From Clostridia bacterium (GTDB lineage: Bacteria; Bacillota; Clostridia; JAAYHZ01): DNA of 64,000 nt. A model generated the notes under the pieces. That model was not told where the DNA came from. It ran no database searches and saw only the letters and a program-made list of their open reading frames with translations. Both the position numbers and the translations under genes were made by a program. Below, piece after piece: positions 18,583 through 27,702 of the stretch; the stretch's first letter is position 1; the number at the start of each line of letters is the position of its first letter. Location of the stretch: positions 160,001-224,000 of the forward strand of contig JBMNIH010000006.1 of assembly GCA_050950825.1 (NCBI GenBank), read 5' to 3'.

Positions 18583-19470
18583 TCAATCGATTTCTCCATG
18601 CTTTTTCATAATGGACAGCGTGTACTCGTAGTCCTCATCGTTATTGCGGAAGCAGTAATCGGGAGCATGGCAGCCTTCGTATCCCAATATGTTCATGGCG
18701 TGTTTGTAGGAGTTGAATATTCCGATCTTGGCCATGTCCGTGCGCAAATTCAGGATTTTATCCAAATACTCCGCCGCCTTTTCGTAATCGCCCGTACGTA
18801 AGCTTTGATCCAAAATACGAGACAAGCGAGGCGTGCATGTAAACATTCCGTCCAAATAGGTGGTAATTCCCCACCGGTAAGCGATGTCCACCGTATCCAA
18901 TCCGCTGTAAATGACGCTGAAGTCGGAGGGAATGTTTTTACTTAAGATCAAGTTGCGTCCTAAGGCTTGGTCCGCCGTTTTAATACCCTTCAGTTTGTCG
19001 GTTTCGGCTAAAACCCGTTCGATGCTCGAGTATGTAATCTTCGTTTGGGTAACCACGGGAAGATCGTACATGTAGACGTTGTAGGGAGATACTTGGGCGA
19101 CGCCTACATAGAAACGAACCAATTCGTCCGGAGTCGAAGCATAATAGTAAGGCGGTGTTAATACGATACCGTCAATGTCGAGCCCGGCCAAATAACGCAA
19201 ACGTTCCTTGACTCTCCAAAGGGAATTGTCCATGGCTCCTACAAGTACGGGGCATCGGCCGCCTACCGCTTCAATGGCCGTCTCCACAACGCTTCGATAT
19301 TGGTCTTGCCGAATGGCATACATCATTCCCATGGATCCGAGTACCAGTACGGCTACCGCTCCGGCTTCCAACATGTCATCAATCTGCTTTTCATAGCTTT
19401 CCGGTAAAAAAATACCGTTTTCATCAACCGGTGTCCCAAGAGCCGGTATGAAGCCTGCATTCATTTTCAT
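18583..19470 (-). CDS. Dihydrodipicolinate synthase / N-acetylneuraminate lyase family aldolase
   Basis: GFIPALGTP, LGSMG, LTPPYY, YMYDLP, Schiff-base lysine in GIKT. Confidence 0.85.
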   Translation of the reverse strand: MKMNAGFIPALGTPVDENGIFLPESYEKQIDDMLEAGAVAVLVLGSMGMMYAIRQDQYRSVVETAIEAVGGRCPVLVGAMDNSLWRVKERLRYLAGLDIDGIVLTPPYYYASTPDELVRFYVGVAQVSPYNVYMYDLPVVTQTKITYSSIERVLAETDKLKGIKTADQALGRNLILSKNIPSDFSVIYSGLDTVDIAYRWGITTYLDGMFTCTPRLSRILDQSLRTGDYEKAAEYLDKILNLRTDMAKIGIFNSYKHAMNILGYEGCHAPDYCFRNNDEDYEYTLSIMKKHGEID

Positions 19471-19515
19471 ATTCGAACCTCCGCTTCATTCACAGATTTA
19501 AAAACCCTATCTAGA

Positions 19516-19544
19516 AAGATAACCGGTGTTACACCGGTTATCTT
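19516..19544. repeat. Perfect 14-bp inverted repeat between the DegT and DHDPS-family genes
   Basis: AAGATAACCGGTGT-T-ACACCGGTTATCTT. Confidence 0.85.
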
Positions 19545-19560
19545 ACCATTCTTTCACAAC

Positions 19561-20838
19561 TTATTTCGCATGCTTTTTCAAAACTTCCAAGAAGGCATCA
19601 ATGCATCTTTGGATATGAACTTCTTCCCAAGAAGGATGCAAGAACAAGCATACCGTTCTGTTACGCAGAGAGTTTGCTACCTCGCAGAAGTTTTCCGTGT
19701 ATTTGACGGATTCGGGATTGGTGTACTCCTCGGAACGGAAGGGGAACTTATGGGATCCGAAACCGTTGTGTTCGCGATAAGCCGCTTCCATATAGGCTTC
19801 GGGCCACAGGATTCCGTAGCAAGGAATCTTCATATTCTTCAGATCATCCAATATAACGGCGGAATCGCAATCCAAAGCATCCAAATCCAATACGATGGGG
19901 TACCACCAATAAGCGTTTTGTCTTTCTTCCGTGTTTACCGGCAGGTGCTTAATTCCTTTTACGCCGGCAAAGGCTTCGTCGTACATTTTCGCGTACTTTT
20001 TCCTTCTCGGCATATTCCAAGTGTCGAATCTCTTCAGCTCGTTGATACCGATGATGGATTGAATTTCGGTCATTCTGTAGTTAAAGCCGACTCTTCTGTG
20101 GATATATGGAAGTTTTTCTTCCAATGCCAGCATGTTCAATCTTTCTTTGACATCGTATCCGTGGTCTCTGAAAGAACGGCATTCCCAAGCAAGATCTTCG
20201 TTATCCGTTACGATCATACCGCCTTCTCCGCCGGTGGTGAAGTGCTTGCTTTGGCAGAAGCTGAAGCATCCTACATCCCCGATGGTTCCGGCCTTCTTGC
20301 CCTTGTAGAATCCGCCGAAACATTGAGCACAGTCTTCAATGACCTTCAAATTGTGTTTCTTGGCAATTTCCAATATCGGTCCCATATCGGCTACAACACC
20401 GTACAGATGAACGACGATGATGGCTTTGGTTCTTTCGGTGATCAGCGGCTCGATTGCATTCGGGTCAATGGTATGATCTTCGGTAACGTCGGCAAATACC
20501 GGGATGGCTCCGGCTTGTACGGCGGCAAAGGAGGATGCGATGAAGGAATAAGACGGTACGATCACTTCATCCCCGGGACCTATGCCAAGACTGCTGACGG
20601 CAATATGCAGTGCAGCCGTTCCGTTTGTACAGGAAATAGCATACTTGGCTCCGATCCATTCGGCCCATTTTTTCTCGAATTCCATTCCTTTAGGACCTGT
20701 CCAGTAGTTGACCTTTCCGTTCTTTAACGGTTCCAATACATCTTTAAAATTGTCTTCGCTGAATTGCGGCCACATGGGGAAATTTAAATCCGCAATTCCG
20801 GGACCATTCATAATCTTTGTGTCTTCTTTATTAGCCAT
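19561..20838 (-). CDS. DegT/DnrJ/EryC1/StrS family PLP aminotransferase
   Basis: NGTAALH, GPGDEVIVP, VHLYG, IEDCAQ, SFCQSKHFTTGGEGG, GFNYRM motifs. Confidence 0.93.
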   Translation of the reverse strand: MANKEDTKIMNGPGIADLNFPMWPQFSEDNFKDVLEPLKNGKVNYWTGPKGMEFEKKWAEWIGAKYAISCTNGTAALHIAVSSLGIGPGDEVIVPSYSFIASSFAAVQAGAIPVFADVTEDHTIDPNAIEPLITERTKAIIVVHLYGVVADMGPILEIAKKHNLKVIEDCAQCFGGFYKGKKAGTIGDVGCFSFCQSKHFTTGGEGGMIVTDNEDLAWECRSFRDHGYDVKERLNMLALEEKLPYIHRRVGFNYRMTEIQSIIGINELKRFDTWNMPRRKKYAKMYDEAFAGVKGIKHLPVNTEERQNAYWWYPIVLDLDALDCDSAVILDDLKNMKIPCYGILWPEAYMEAAYREHNGFGSHKFPFRSEEYTNPESVKYTENFCEVANSLRNRTVCLFLHPSWEEVHIQRCIDAFLEVLKKHAK

Positions 20839-20871
20839 TTTGACTCCGCTCCTTTATATTTATTTATGTAA

Positions 20872-22191
20872 TTATAGACAGTAGGTAAGCTTTAATATTT
20901 CCTCTACCAAAACGTTCCCTGCCGTTTCGGAGAGCTTGCTGGATTGTGCGGTTTTGATCTCGTAGCCTCCCTGACGGAAAGCTTCTTGGTTCGGAATGTA
21001 TCCCACATAATCGTTGGCAAGTCCGACCACTACGGTATGAGCCGCTTTTGCATTCTTTTTTACTTCCAATGCAAATTCCACGAACACTTCACCCGGGAAC
21101 GTAACAAACAAAACGTCACCTAACAGAACAGCCTGTATCGTTGTTTCAATAAAGCTACGGTTTTGCTCTGCTAAAGTTAAGATTTCCCTTGCATAGATTT
21201 CGTCGGGAACACCGTCTAACAAGGACGGTATCACGCCCCCGCAGGCTTCCCACAAAGCCTTTGCATTTTTTACGTCTTCTTCGGAAATTTTACGACAGGG
21301 CAATTGGATTATGGCGACGGCATTTTTTATATGATCGGGAAGCCGTCTTTTATTCGCCAAGGCTTCCATCGTATAATCGGCCAATTTTTTCCCGATTCTT
21401 TCCGCTTCTTCGAAGCCTCGGTTTTGGTCGGGATTCTTGTAGTCCAGATGATTGATGTTTCCTTCGGCTCCGTTGGAAAACCAAACCACGGTTTCATCGC
21501 CGAAATGTTCTTGCAGTTTTACGGTTAAATAGTGGATGTAATCTCTTGAATATAGCCAGTCTTTACCGACCAAAATGGCGGGATGAAGAGTGAAATTAAC
21601 CATCAAGGCCAATGTTTTCGACGTATCCTTGGAAACGCATTGTATGACCGTTAAGGTCGGGTCGATGGGTCCGGTGGTTCCGATTACATCGTCAGGGTCC
21701 ACCTTGTTCCAATTCATAACGATGCTGTTGTCTTTCATAATAAGGCGCCGGTTGAAGCTCAAATCGTTCACGTCGGTAACGGCGCAGAAGACTTCAGACT
21801 CTTGGGCTTCCTCTTTTATGCCCTTTAGATTTTCCGCGATGGATGAAAACGTCTTGTCCAAATAGTCAACGGCATCTTCGTGACGCTTTGATTTGAATAT
21901 TTCGCTTGTATCCGGTCCGGAATGGGTGTGAGTAGTATTGACCATGATGCGATCTTCCGGGATATTTGCGGACTTCGACACTCTTTTTTTAATGTCGGCG
22001 CATTGATCCCCCATTAAGCATAACAGATCGAAGCTTAAGAAAAGAACTTCTTGTCCTTCATGACAAAAATAGACGGCGTTACAAAATAAATCGTCGTGCA
22101 CGCCTCGGGATTTGTCGTCGGCTCGGACATTTCCGCCGATAGATAAACCGATAGGCGGAGTAATGTTAACCCTTTTTGCAGCTACCTTCAT
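20872..22191 (-). CDS. Neutral/alkaline ceramidase N-terminal-domain-like metalloamidase
   Basis: NITPP, THTHSGP metal motif, NFTLHP, GAEGNI, PGEVF, GLANDYVGYIP motifs. Confidence 0.75.
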   Translation of the reverse strand: MKVAAKRVNITPPIGLSIGGNVRADDKSRGVHDDLFCNAVYFCHEGQEVLFLSFDLLCLMGDQCADIKKRVSKSANIPEDRIMVNTTHTHSGPDTSEIFKSKRHEDAVDYLDKTFSSIAENLKGIKEEAQESEVFCAVTDVNDLSFNRRLIMKDNSIVMNWNKVDPDDVIGTTGPIDPTLTVIQCVSKDTSKTLALMVNFTLHPAILVGKDWLYSRDYIHYLTVKLQEHFGDETVVWFSNGAEGNINHLDYKNPDQNRGFEEAERIGKKLADYTMEALANKRRLPDHIKNAVAIIQLPCRKISEEDVKNAKALWEACGGVIPSLLDGVPDEIYAREILTLAEQNRSFIETTIQAVLLGDVLFVTFPGEVFVEFALEVKKNAKAAHTVVVGLANDYVGYIPNQEAFRQGGYEIKTAQSSKLSETAGNVLVEEILKLTYCL

Positions 22192-22306
22192 ATATCGGAC
22201 TCTCCTTAATAAGGACCTCTTTGGAATTATTGTTCGATAATTATTCCATTGAGTTTATTAATTCAATAATACCATATTTATCATGAATATTCAATATGTA
22301 TACAAA

Positions 22307-22957
22307 TTATTTTCCCGATATGAGCTTCGGGCAGTCCTCGCTTAAGAAACAATGTAAGCAATCCGGTTTGGCCGATTTGCAGACGGTTCGGCCGTGGTTT
22401 ATGATTTGATGGCAAAAGTCCACTTGTTTTTCCGGAGGTACCAATGCCAGCATTTCCTTTTCCACTTTTTCCGGATCCTTATGTCGGGTAAATCCCATCC
22501 TTCGCATGATTCTTCCGAAGTGGGTATCAACGGCGATAGCCGGTTTGCCGAAGGCGTTACCTAACACCACGCTGGCGGTTTTTCTTCCGACTCCGGGAAG
22601 CTTTGTAAGCTCCTCCATGGTATCCGGTACCTCGCCGCCGTATTCTTCTTTGATCATGCGGGACATGGCAATCAAGTCCTTGGCTTTGTTTTTGTAGATG
22701 CCTACCGTTTTAATGTATTCCTCCACCTCTTCCAAACGAGCCTCCGCCATGTCGTAAACGGTAGGGTAACGGGCAAATAAGGCGGGCGTCACGATATTCA
22801 CCCGATTATCCGTGGTTTGGGCCGATAATCTTGTGGCAATCAACAGCTGATACGGATTATTGAATTTTAAAGAACACTTTGCATCCGGATAATGTTTATC
22901 CAAAAGAGATAATATCCGATGTAATCTATCAACCTTCTGTTGCTTTGACTCTCTCAT
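22307..22957 (-). CDS. nth: Endonuclease III
   Basis: LSAQTTD, HhH LPGVGRKTA, VDTH, and 4Fe-4S motif CKSAKPDCLHCFLSEDC. Confidence 0.96.
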   Translation of the reverse strand: MRESKQQKVDRLHRILSLLDKHYPDAKCSLKFNNPYQLLIATRLSAQTTDNRVNIVTPALFARYPTVYDMAEARLEEVEEYIKTVGIYKNKAKDLIAMSRMIKEEYGGEVPDTMEELTKLPGVGRKTASVVLGNAFGKPAIAVDTHFGRIMRRMGFTRHKDPEKVEKEMLALVPPEKQVDFCHQIINHGRTVCKSAKPDCLHCFLSEDCPKLISGK

Positions 22958-22969
22958 GGCTCCCTCTTT

Positions 22970-24223
22970 TTATATCCCTTGGTTTGCAAAATCGCGCTTC
23001 GGTCGGTAGATGTTGTCCAATAAATATCTTGCACCGCCTAAGACCACGGTATCGTCTCCTAAGACGGAATAGTTCACTTGAATTTTGTCCCCGTAAAGAT
23101 CGAAAGACATGCTTTTAACCTTTTGCTTTACTCGGTCGATGAATAATTTGCCGAATTTGGTAATTCGGCCGCTGATGCCGATTTGACGGATGTCCAATAG
23201 GTTCACCGCGTTGTTGATCCCGAAGGCTAAGCAATCCGCCGCATGAAGGACGGTTTCCAAGGCTACGGGGTCCTTATCTTCGTAAGCTTTTAGGAACGAA
23301 TCGAAAAGAGGCAAATCTTTCTTTTGAACAAGCTCCCAAAATACACCGGATTTTTTCTCTTCCGCCGCTTTCAGTGCCCTTTTTAATATGGCGGGAATCG
23401 AAACCAAGGTTTCCAGACATCCTCGATTTCCGCACTCGCAATGCTCTCCGTTCATGTCGATGGTCATATGTCCCAATTCCCCTGCAATCCCCCATGCTCC
23501 TTTGTATATATTGTCGTCGATGATGATACCGCATCCTACGCCTTCGTTGATGTCAATCAAAATATTGTCTCCTTCTCTTCCGCTTCGAGCAATGGTATGC
23601 TCCGCATAAGCGGCAAAGCAGGATTCGTTTTCCATTAAAATGGGGATGTTGCTAAAACGGTTGCTCAGCTCCGTATAAAAGGTCTTATTCGTATGTAGTT
23701 TTTCAATGACCGTAGACGATACGACGGTATAGTCCCTATAATTTATAATCCCGGGTATTCCCAAAGCGATACCTAAAAAGTTGTTTCGATTCAGTTTGCT
23801 TTCTTCGATTAATTCCTCACACAAGGAGATCAACCCGTTCCCCAACTCCGCGATATCGTATTCCGATATGCTTTTTCTTGCAATTTCATTGCATTTCAAA
23901 TCGTAGACGCCGCCGGAAATCTTGTCCTTTTTTACTTCCAACGAAATGACAAACCTGCTTTTTTGATTGACCTTCAGCATGATGGGCTTTCTTCCGCTGG
24001 AATTGGTTTTACCGGCGCCGACTTCCATGACCAGCTCGTTCTCCAAAAGCTCCTCAACCAAAGAAGATATGGTGGTAGGACTCAAACGGGTCAGCCTTGC
24101 CAATTTCACACGAGAAATGGGCTCATAGCGGTTAATCAGGTTAAACACCAGCGTAAGATTGTTTTGCTTGATCAGCTGTTGATTTGCTATTTTTACATAA
24201 TCGTTCGGCTGTTTGGTTATCAA
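22970..24223 (-). CDS. ROK family transcriptional regulator (XylR/NagC-like)
   Basis: N-terminal HTH (ISRVKLARLTRLSPTTIS), SSGRKP, GELGHMTI, CECGNRGCLE. Confidence 0.92.
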   Translation of the reverse strand: MITKQPNDYVKIANQQLIKQNNLTLVFNLINRYEPISRVKLARLTRLSPTTISSLVEELLENELVMEVGAGKTNSSGRKPIMLKVNQKSRFVISLEVKKDKISGGVYDLKCNEIARKSISEYDIAELGNGLISLCEELIEESKLNRNNFLGIALGIPGIINYRDYTVVSSTVIEKLHTNKTFYTELSNRFSNIPILMENESCFAAYAEHTIARSGREGDNILIDINEGVGCGIIIDDNIYKGAWGIAGELGHMTIDMNGEHCECGNRGCLETLVSIPAILKRALKAAEEKKSGVFWELVQKKDLPLFDSFLKAYEDKDPVALETVLHAADCLAFGINNAVNLLDIRQIGISGRITKFGKLFIDRVKQKVKSMSFDLYGDKIQVNYSVLGDDTVVLGGARYLLDNIYRPKRDFANQGI

Positions 24224-24272
24224 ATTATCTTCTCCTATATTTCCTCATCGATTTTTCTTTATCTTATGAATC

Positions 24273-25133
24273 TTATTCGCCCGTTACCAAAAGCTTTTTG
24301 GCGACAATGCCGTCGTATTCGTTTACAAACCTCAGCAAATTTTTACCGTACAAGGCTTCCTTCGCTTCCTCTTTTACGTCCAGCTCCGCCAAAATATCTT
24401 GGTCACGCTTCAGCCAGTCCTTCAGCCACTTTATGTTGTAATCGTTAACGTTGCTGTCGGTCCCGAACAGAAGGTTGTTTTCAATATCGTATCCGATGCA
24501 ATACAGCTTTGTTAAAACTTCCTTTCTGTACAAAGGAGGAGTTCCGGGAGCAATGTCAATGAACATTTCCACGGACAAGTCTTTACGCCATGTATAAGCA
24601 TTTAAAAACTTCCCGTAAACGGCGATACACTCGTCGTGCCAAGGCCAAGATACGTGAGCCAAAGCAAATTTGAGCCCGTTGACTTCCAAAAGGGCTTCAA
24701 AACGAGAGGGCTTGTTGTACTCGGAAGAGTTCAGTCCGTCCCACAAGATGCCGGAGTGGAACAGGACGGGTTTTTCATGCTTTGCGATTTCGTTGTATAC
24801 TTTCATTGCCGCAGGGTCCCCGGGATAATGGGTATTGCATATGATTTTAAACCCTTTGATTCCGCACGCTACCGCTTCCCTTACTTGGTCAATGGCATCC
24901 TTTTCCAAAGGATTAAGCCAGTAAAAAGGAAATAAAAGCGGATTTTCTTCGCAAATCCAAAGTACGTTATCCAAACGATTTTGTGAAGAATAGTCTGTTT
25001 TGTTCCATTTGAGAGCGTCCGGTGCCAAGGATATGACAATTCCTCCGTCCACGCCGCCTTCTTTGAGTTTATTGTAAAAATCGTCTCGATCCATATCGCG
25101 ATCGAATATATGGATGTGACTGTCCAATAGCAT
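24273..25133 (-). CDS. Amidohydrolase family protein (TIM barrel)
   Basis: DSHIH, VLFHSG, LAH, LFGTD metal-binding motifs. Confidence 0.85.
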   Translation of the reverse strand: MLLDSHIHIFDRDMDRDDFYNKLKEGGVDGGIVISLAPDALKWNKTDYSSQNRLDNVLWICEENPLLFPFYWLNPLEKDAIDQVREAVACGIKGFKIICNTHYPGDPAAMKVYNEIAKHEKPVLFHSGILWDGLNSSEYNKPSRFEALLEVNGLKFALAHVSWPWHDECIAVYGKFLNAYTWRKDLSVEMFIDIAPGTPPLYRKEVLTKLYCIGYDIENNLLFGTDSNVNDYNIKWLKDWLKRDQDILAELDVKEEAKEALYGKNLLRFVNEYDGIVAKKLLVTGE

Positions 25134-25180
25134 TTTTCCCTTTCACTCCTTCTAAATGATTTCAATTGAATCTATCGTCA

Positions 25181-26353
25181 TTATTGAAACGTTATCGTTT
25201 CGGTGTTTTGTATGGCCGTTTCAATCAATTCATCCAACTCCGCATATGCTTCCTGCTGTTCTACGATAGGAAGCTTGGGCTTTATTACGGGATGCTTTGC
25301 TACGAACACCGTACAACAGTCTTCGTAAGGCAGTATGGAGGTTTCATAAGTGCCGATTTTTTCCGCGATGTTGATAACCTCCACTTTATCCATTCCGATC
25401 AAGGGACGGTATACCGGAAGCTTCACAACCGCATTGGTTGCATTCAGAGCCTCCATGGTCTGGCTTGCCACCTGGCCTACGCTCTCCCCTGTAATAAGCG
25501 CCAAAGCGTCGTTTTGAAGGGCGATTCTTTCGGCGATTCGCATCATGGCTCTTCTCATAATGATGGTAATCAAGCCGATGGAACACCGTTCGTTGATCCG
25601 AAGCTGAATATCCGTAAAAGGCACAATGTGTAAAGTTACGGGGCTTGTGTATTCCGATAGGATTTTCGTCAGCTTTATAACCTTGTCCTTAGCCCTTTCG
25701 CTTGTGTAAGGATAGCTGTAAAAATGCACCGCATGAAGCTCGATACCCCTTTTGGCCATCATCCAGCCGGCTACCGGGCTGTCGATGCCTCCGGATAAAA
25801 GCAGTACCGCCTTTCCGCTCGAACCGGTGGGCATTCCGCCGAAAGCCGGAATCACCCTGGAGAAAATATAGGCATGGTCTCGGATTTCCACGGTCAACTC
25901 GAAATCCGGATTATGGACATCCACCTTTAATTCCTTCACGTTTCGAAGGACATAGCCTCCGACCTTTTGGCATATTTCCGGAGAGGTCAAAGGGTAATTT
26001 TTATCTTGCCTTCTTGCCTCCACCTTAAAGGTTTTCGCCCCGTCCTTCGCCACGGCTTCCTTTGCCGTCAGCACCGCCGTTTCGTAAACGGTTTCCATAT
26101 CCGTGCCGGTTTTGTATGCGGGGCTTACGGATACCACGCCGAATACCTTCCGTACCTTTTCAATCAGGCGCGGAAATTCATCGAAGCCTTCATGAGGTTC
26201 GATAAAAATTCGGCCCTGCGCCCGTACAATATTCATTTCTCCTAATTCTCGTACGGCTTTTCGGATATTCTCGACCAGCTTTTTCTCAAATATAGGGCGA
26301 TTTAACCCTTTCAGCATGATTTCTCCGTACCGTACCAGCAATATGGTCTGCAT
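25181..26353 (-). CDS. thiI: tRNA 4-thiouridine(8) synthase ThiI
   Basis: RYGEIMLKG, THUMP domain, LLSGGIDSPVA PP-loop, GQVASQT, EDCC. Confidence 0.96.
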   Translation of the reverse strand: MQTILLVRYGEIMLKGLNRPIFEKKLVENIRKAVRELGEMNIVRAQGRIFIEPHEGFDEFPRLIEKVRKVFGVVSVSPAYKTGTDMETVYETAVLTAKEAVAKDGAKTFKVEARRQDKNYPLTSPEICQKVGGYVLRNVKELKVDVHNPDFELTVEIRDHAYIFSRVIPAFGGMPTGSSGKAVLLLSGGIDSPVAGWMMAKRGIELHAVHFYSYPYTSERAKDKVIKLTKILSEYTSPVTLHIVPFTDIQLRINERCSIGLITIIMRRAMMRIAERIALQNDALALITGESVGQVASQTMEALNATNAVVKLPVYRPLIGMDKVEVINIAEKIGTYETSILPYEDCCTVFVAKHPVIKPKLPIVEQQEAYAELDELIETAIQNTETITFQ

Positions 26354-26355
26354 GT

Positions 26356-27525
26356 TTATCTCATCACCTTGCTTCTGTTCTTAATGGTTATGACCGGTAT
26401 GATTTCTTCTAAAGCTTCCTTTAATTTCTCAATATCCTCCTGCTCGTTAAACTCGGAAAAGCTGATGCGAATGGTGCCGTCCAAAAGCTCCGGCGCAACC
26501 CCCATGGCCTTAAGTACATGGCTTTTGCTTTTTCCCGAGGAAGAGCAGGCGGAACCGGTTGACACGTAAATGCCCTTTGCTTCCAAGTGGTGCAACAGCA
26601 CTTCTCCTTTTACGTTGGGGAACGATATGCTGACGATATGATCCAAGCTGCAATGTTCGGAATGAATAACGGCATCCTTAAACTTATTTTTTACGAAATC
26701 CAACAGGCTTCTTCTTAATTCGGAAATCTTTCTACCGGTTGCATCCAAGTTACTGTACACCATTTTCGCAGCCAATGCAAGCCCCGCGATTCCCGGTGTA
26801 TCCATGGTCCCGGAGCGCATTCCTCCTTGGTGTCCTCCTCCCCACATCACCGGCTCGATTTTCGTTCCGGTTTTGATGTATAAAACGCCGATACCCTTCG
26901 GTCCGTGGAATTTATGCCCGCTTATACTCAACAAATCCGCTCCGAAGCTTTGAGGCTTTATAGGCATTTTCCCAAAGGCCTGTACGGCATCGACATGGTA
27001 TAGGGGCTTGTCCTTTAGCGTCTTTATTTTATCCCCGATTTCCTTAATCGGCTGTATGCAGCCGGTTTCGTTATTCACCGCCATCACGCTGACAAGGACG
27101 GTATCTTTTCGAATTGCACGGAGCAATTCGTCGACATTCACTTTACCGGATTCGTCGACGCTGATAAAATCCGTCTCGTAGCCTTCGGCTTCGTAATGCT
27201 TGAACACTTCCAAAACGGCGGAATGTTCGATTTTCGTTGTTATTAAATGCTTTCCTTTTTTTCGATTGGCCATGATGCTTCCGGATATGGCCATATTATT
27301 CGACTCGGTTCCCCCGGAGGTAAAATAGATTTCCGAAGGCTTGACTCCGAGAATATTCGCCAAGTCTTCTTTGGCTTGATTGATGATACGCTCGGCTTCA
27401 ATCCCCTTGGTATGCAAAGACGAGGAATTGCCGTAGCAATTTTTACTGATATTAGCAACGAGGTCAACTACCTCTTCATACGGTCTTGTGGTTGCTCCGT
27501 TATCCAGATAATACTCTTTCTTCAA
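26356..27525 (-). CDS. Cysteine desulfurase paired with ThiI (NifZ-like)
   Basis: YLDNGATT, SGHKFHGPKG, STGSACSS; immediately upstream of thiI. Confidence 0.9.
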   Translation of the reverse strand: MKKEYYLDNGATTRPYEEVVDLVANISKNCYGNSSSLHTKGIEAERIINQAKEDLANILGVKPSEIYFTSGGTESNNMAISGSIMANRKKGKHLITTKIEHSAVLEVFKHYEAEGYETDFISVDESGKVNVDELLRAIRKDTVLVSVMAVNNETGCIQPIKEIGDKIKTLKDKPLYHVDAVQAFGKMPIKPQSFGADLLSISGHKFHGPKGIGVLYIKTGTKIEPVMWGGGHQGGMRSGTMDTPGIAGLALAAKMVYSNLDATGRKISELRRSLLDFVKNKFKDAVIHSEHCSLDHIVSISFPNVKGEVLLHHLEAKGIYVSTGSACSSSGKSKSHVLKAMGVAPELLDGTIRISFSEFNEQEDIEKLKEALEEIIPVITIKNRSKVMR

Positions 27526-27630
27526 ACCCGATCCTCCAACATGCTTGTAATTTATTATACCACAGAATATAAGTCTTCATCATTATTAGAGTATACCCAA
27601 ATGATTATATGAAAACAAGAAACCTTGCAT

Positions 27631-27674
27631 AAAAGAAGCGGAAAGTATACCGTTTCAAGGTATTTTTCCGCTTC
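27631..27674 (-). terminator. Probable terminator after the heparinase-like gene
   Basis: GAAGCGGAAAGTATACC...GGTATTTTTCCGCTTC inverted repeat with an adjacent A-tract. Confidence 0.55.
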
Positions 27675-27702
27675 CGTACGATTTTGCTTTTTTCAAAGTC
27701 TT

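Noticed and set aside
19570-20727. 385-aa plus-strand ORF antisense to the DegT aminotransferase
   Set aside because: Lies wholly within the real gene on the opposite strand, with no recognisable motifs or RBS; best explained by codon bias of the sense gene.
22200-22300. Candidate ROK operator upstream of the ceramidase-like gene
   Set aside because: Imperfect AT-rich inverted repeats are present but too degenerate to call without comparative data.
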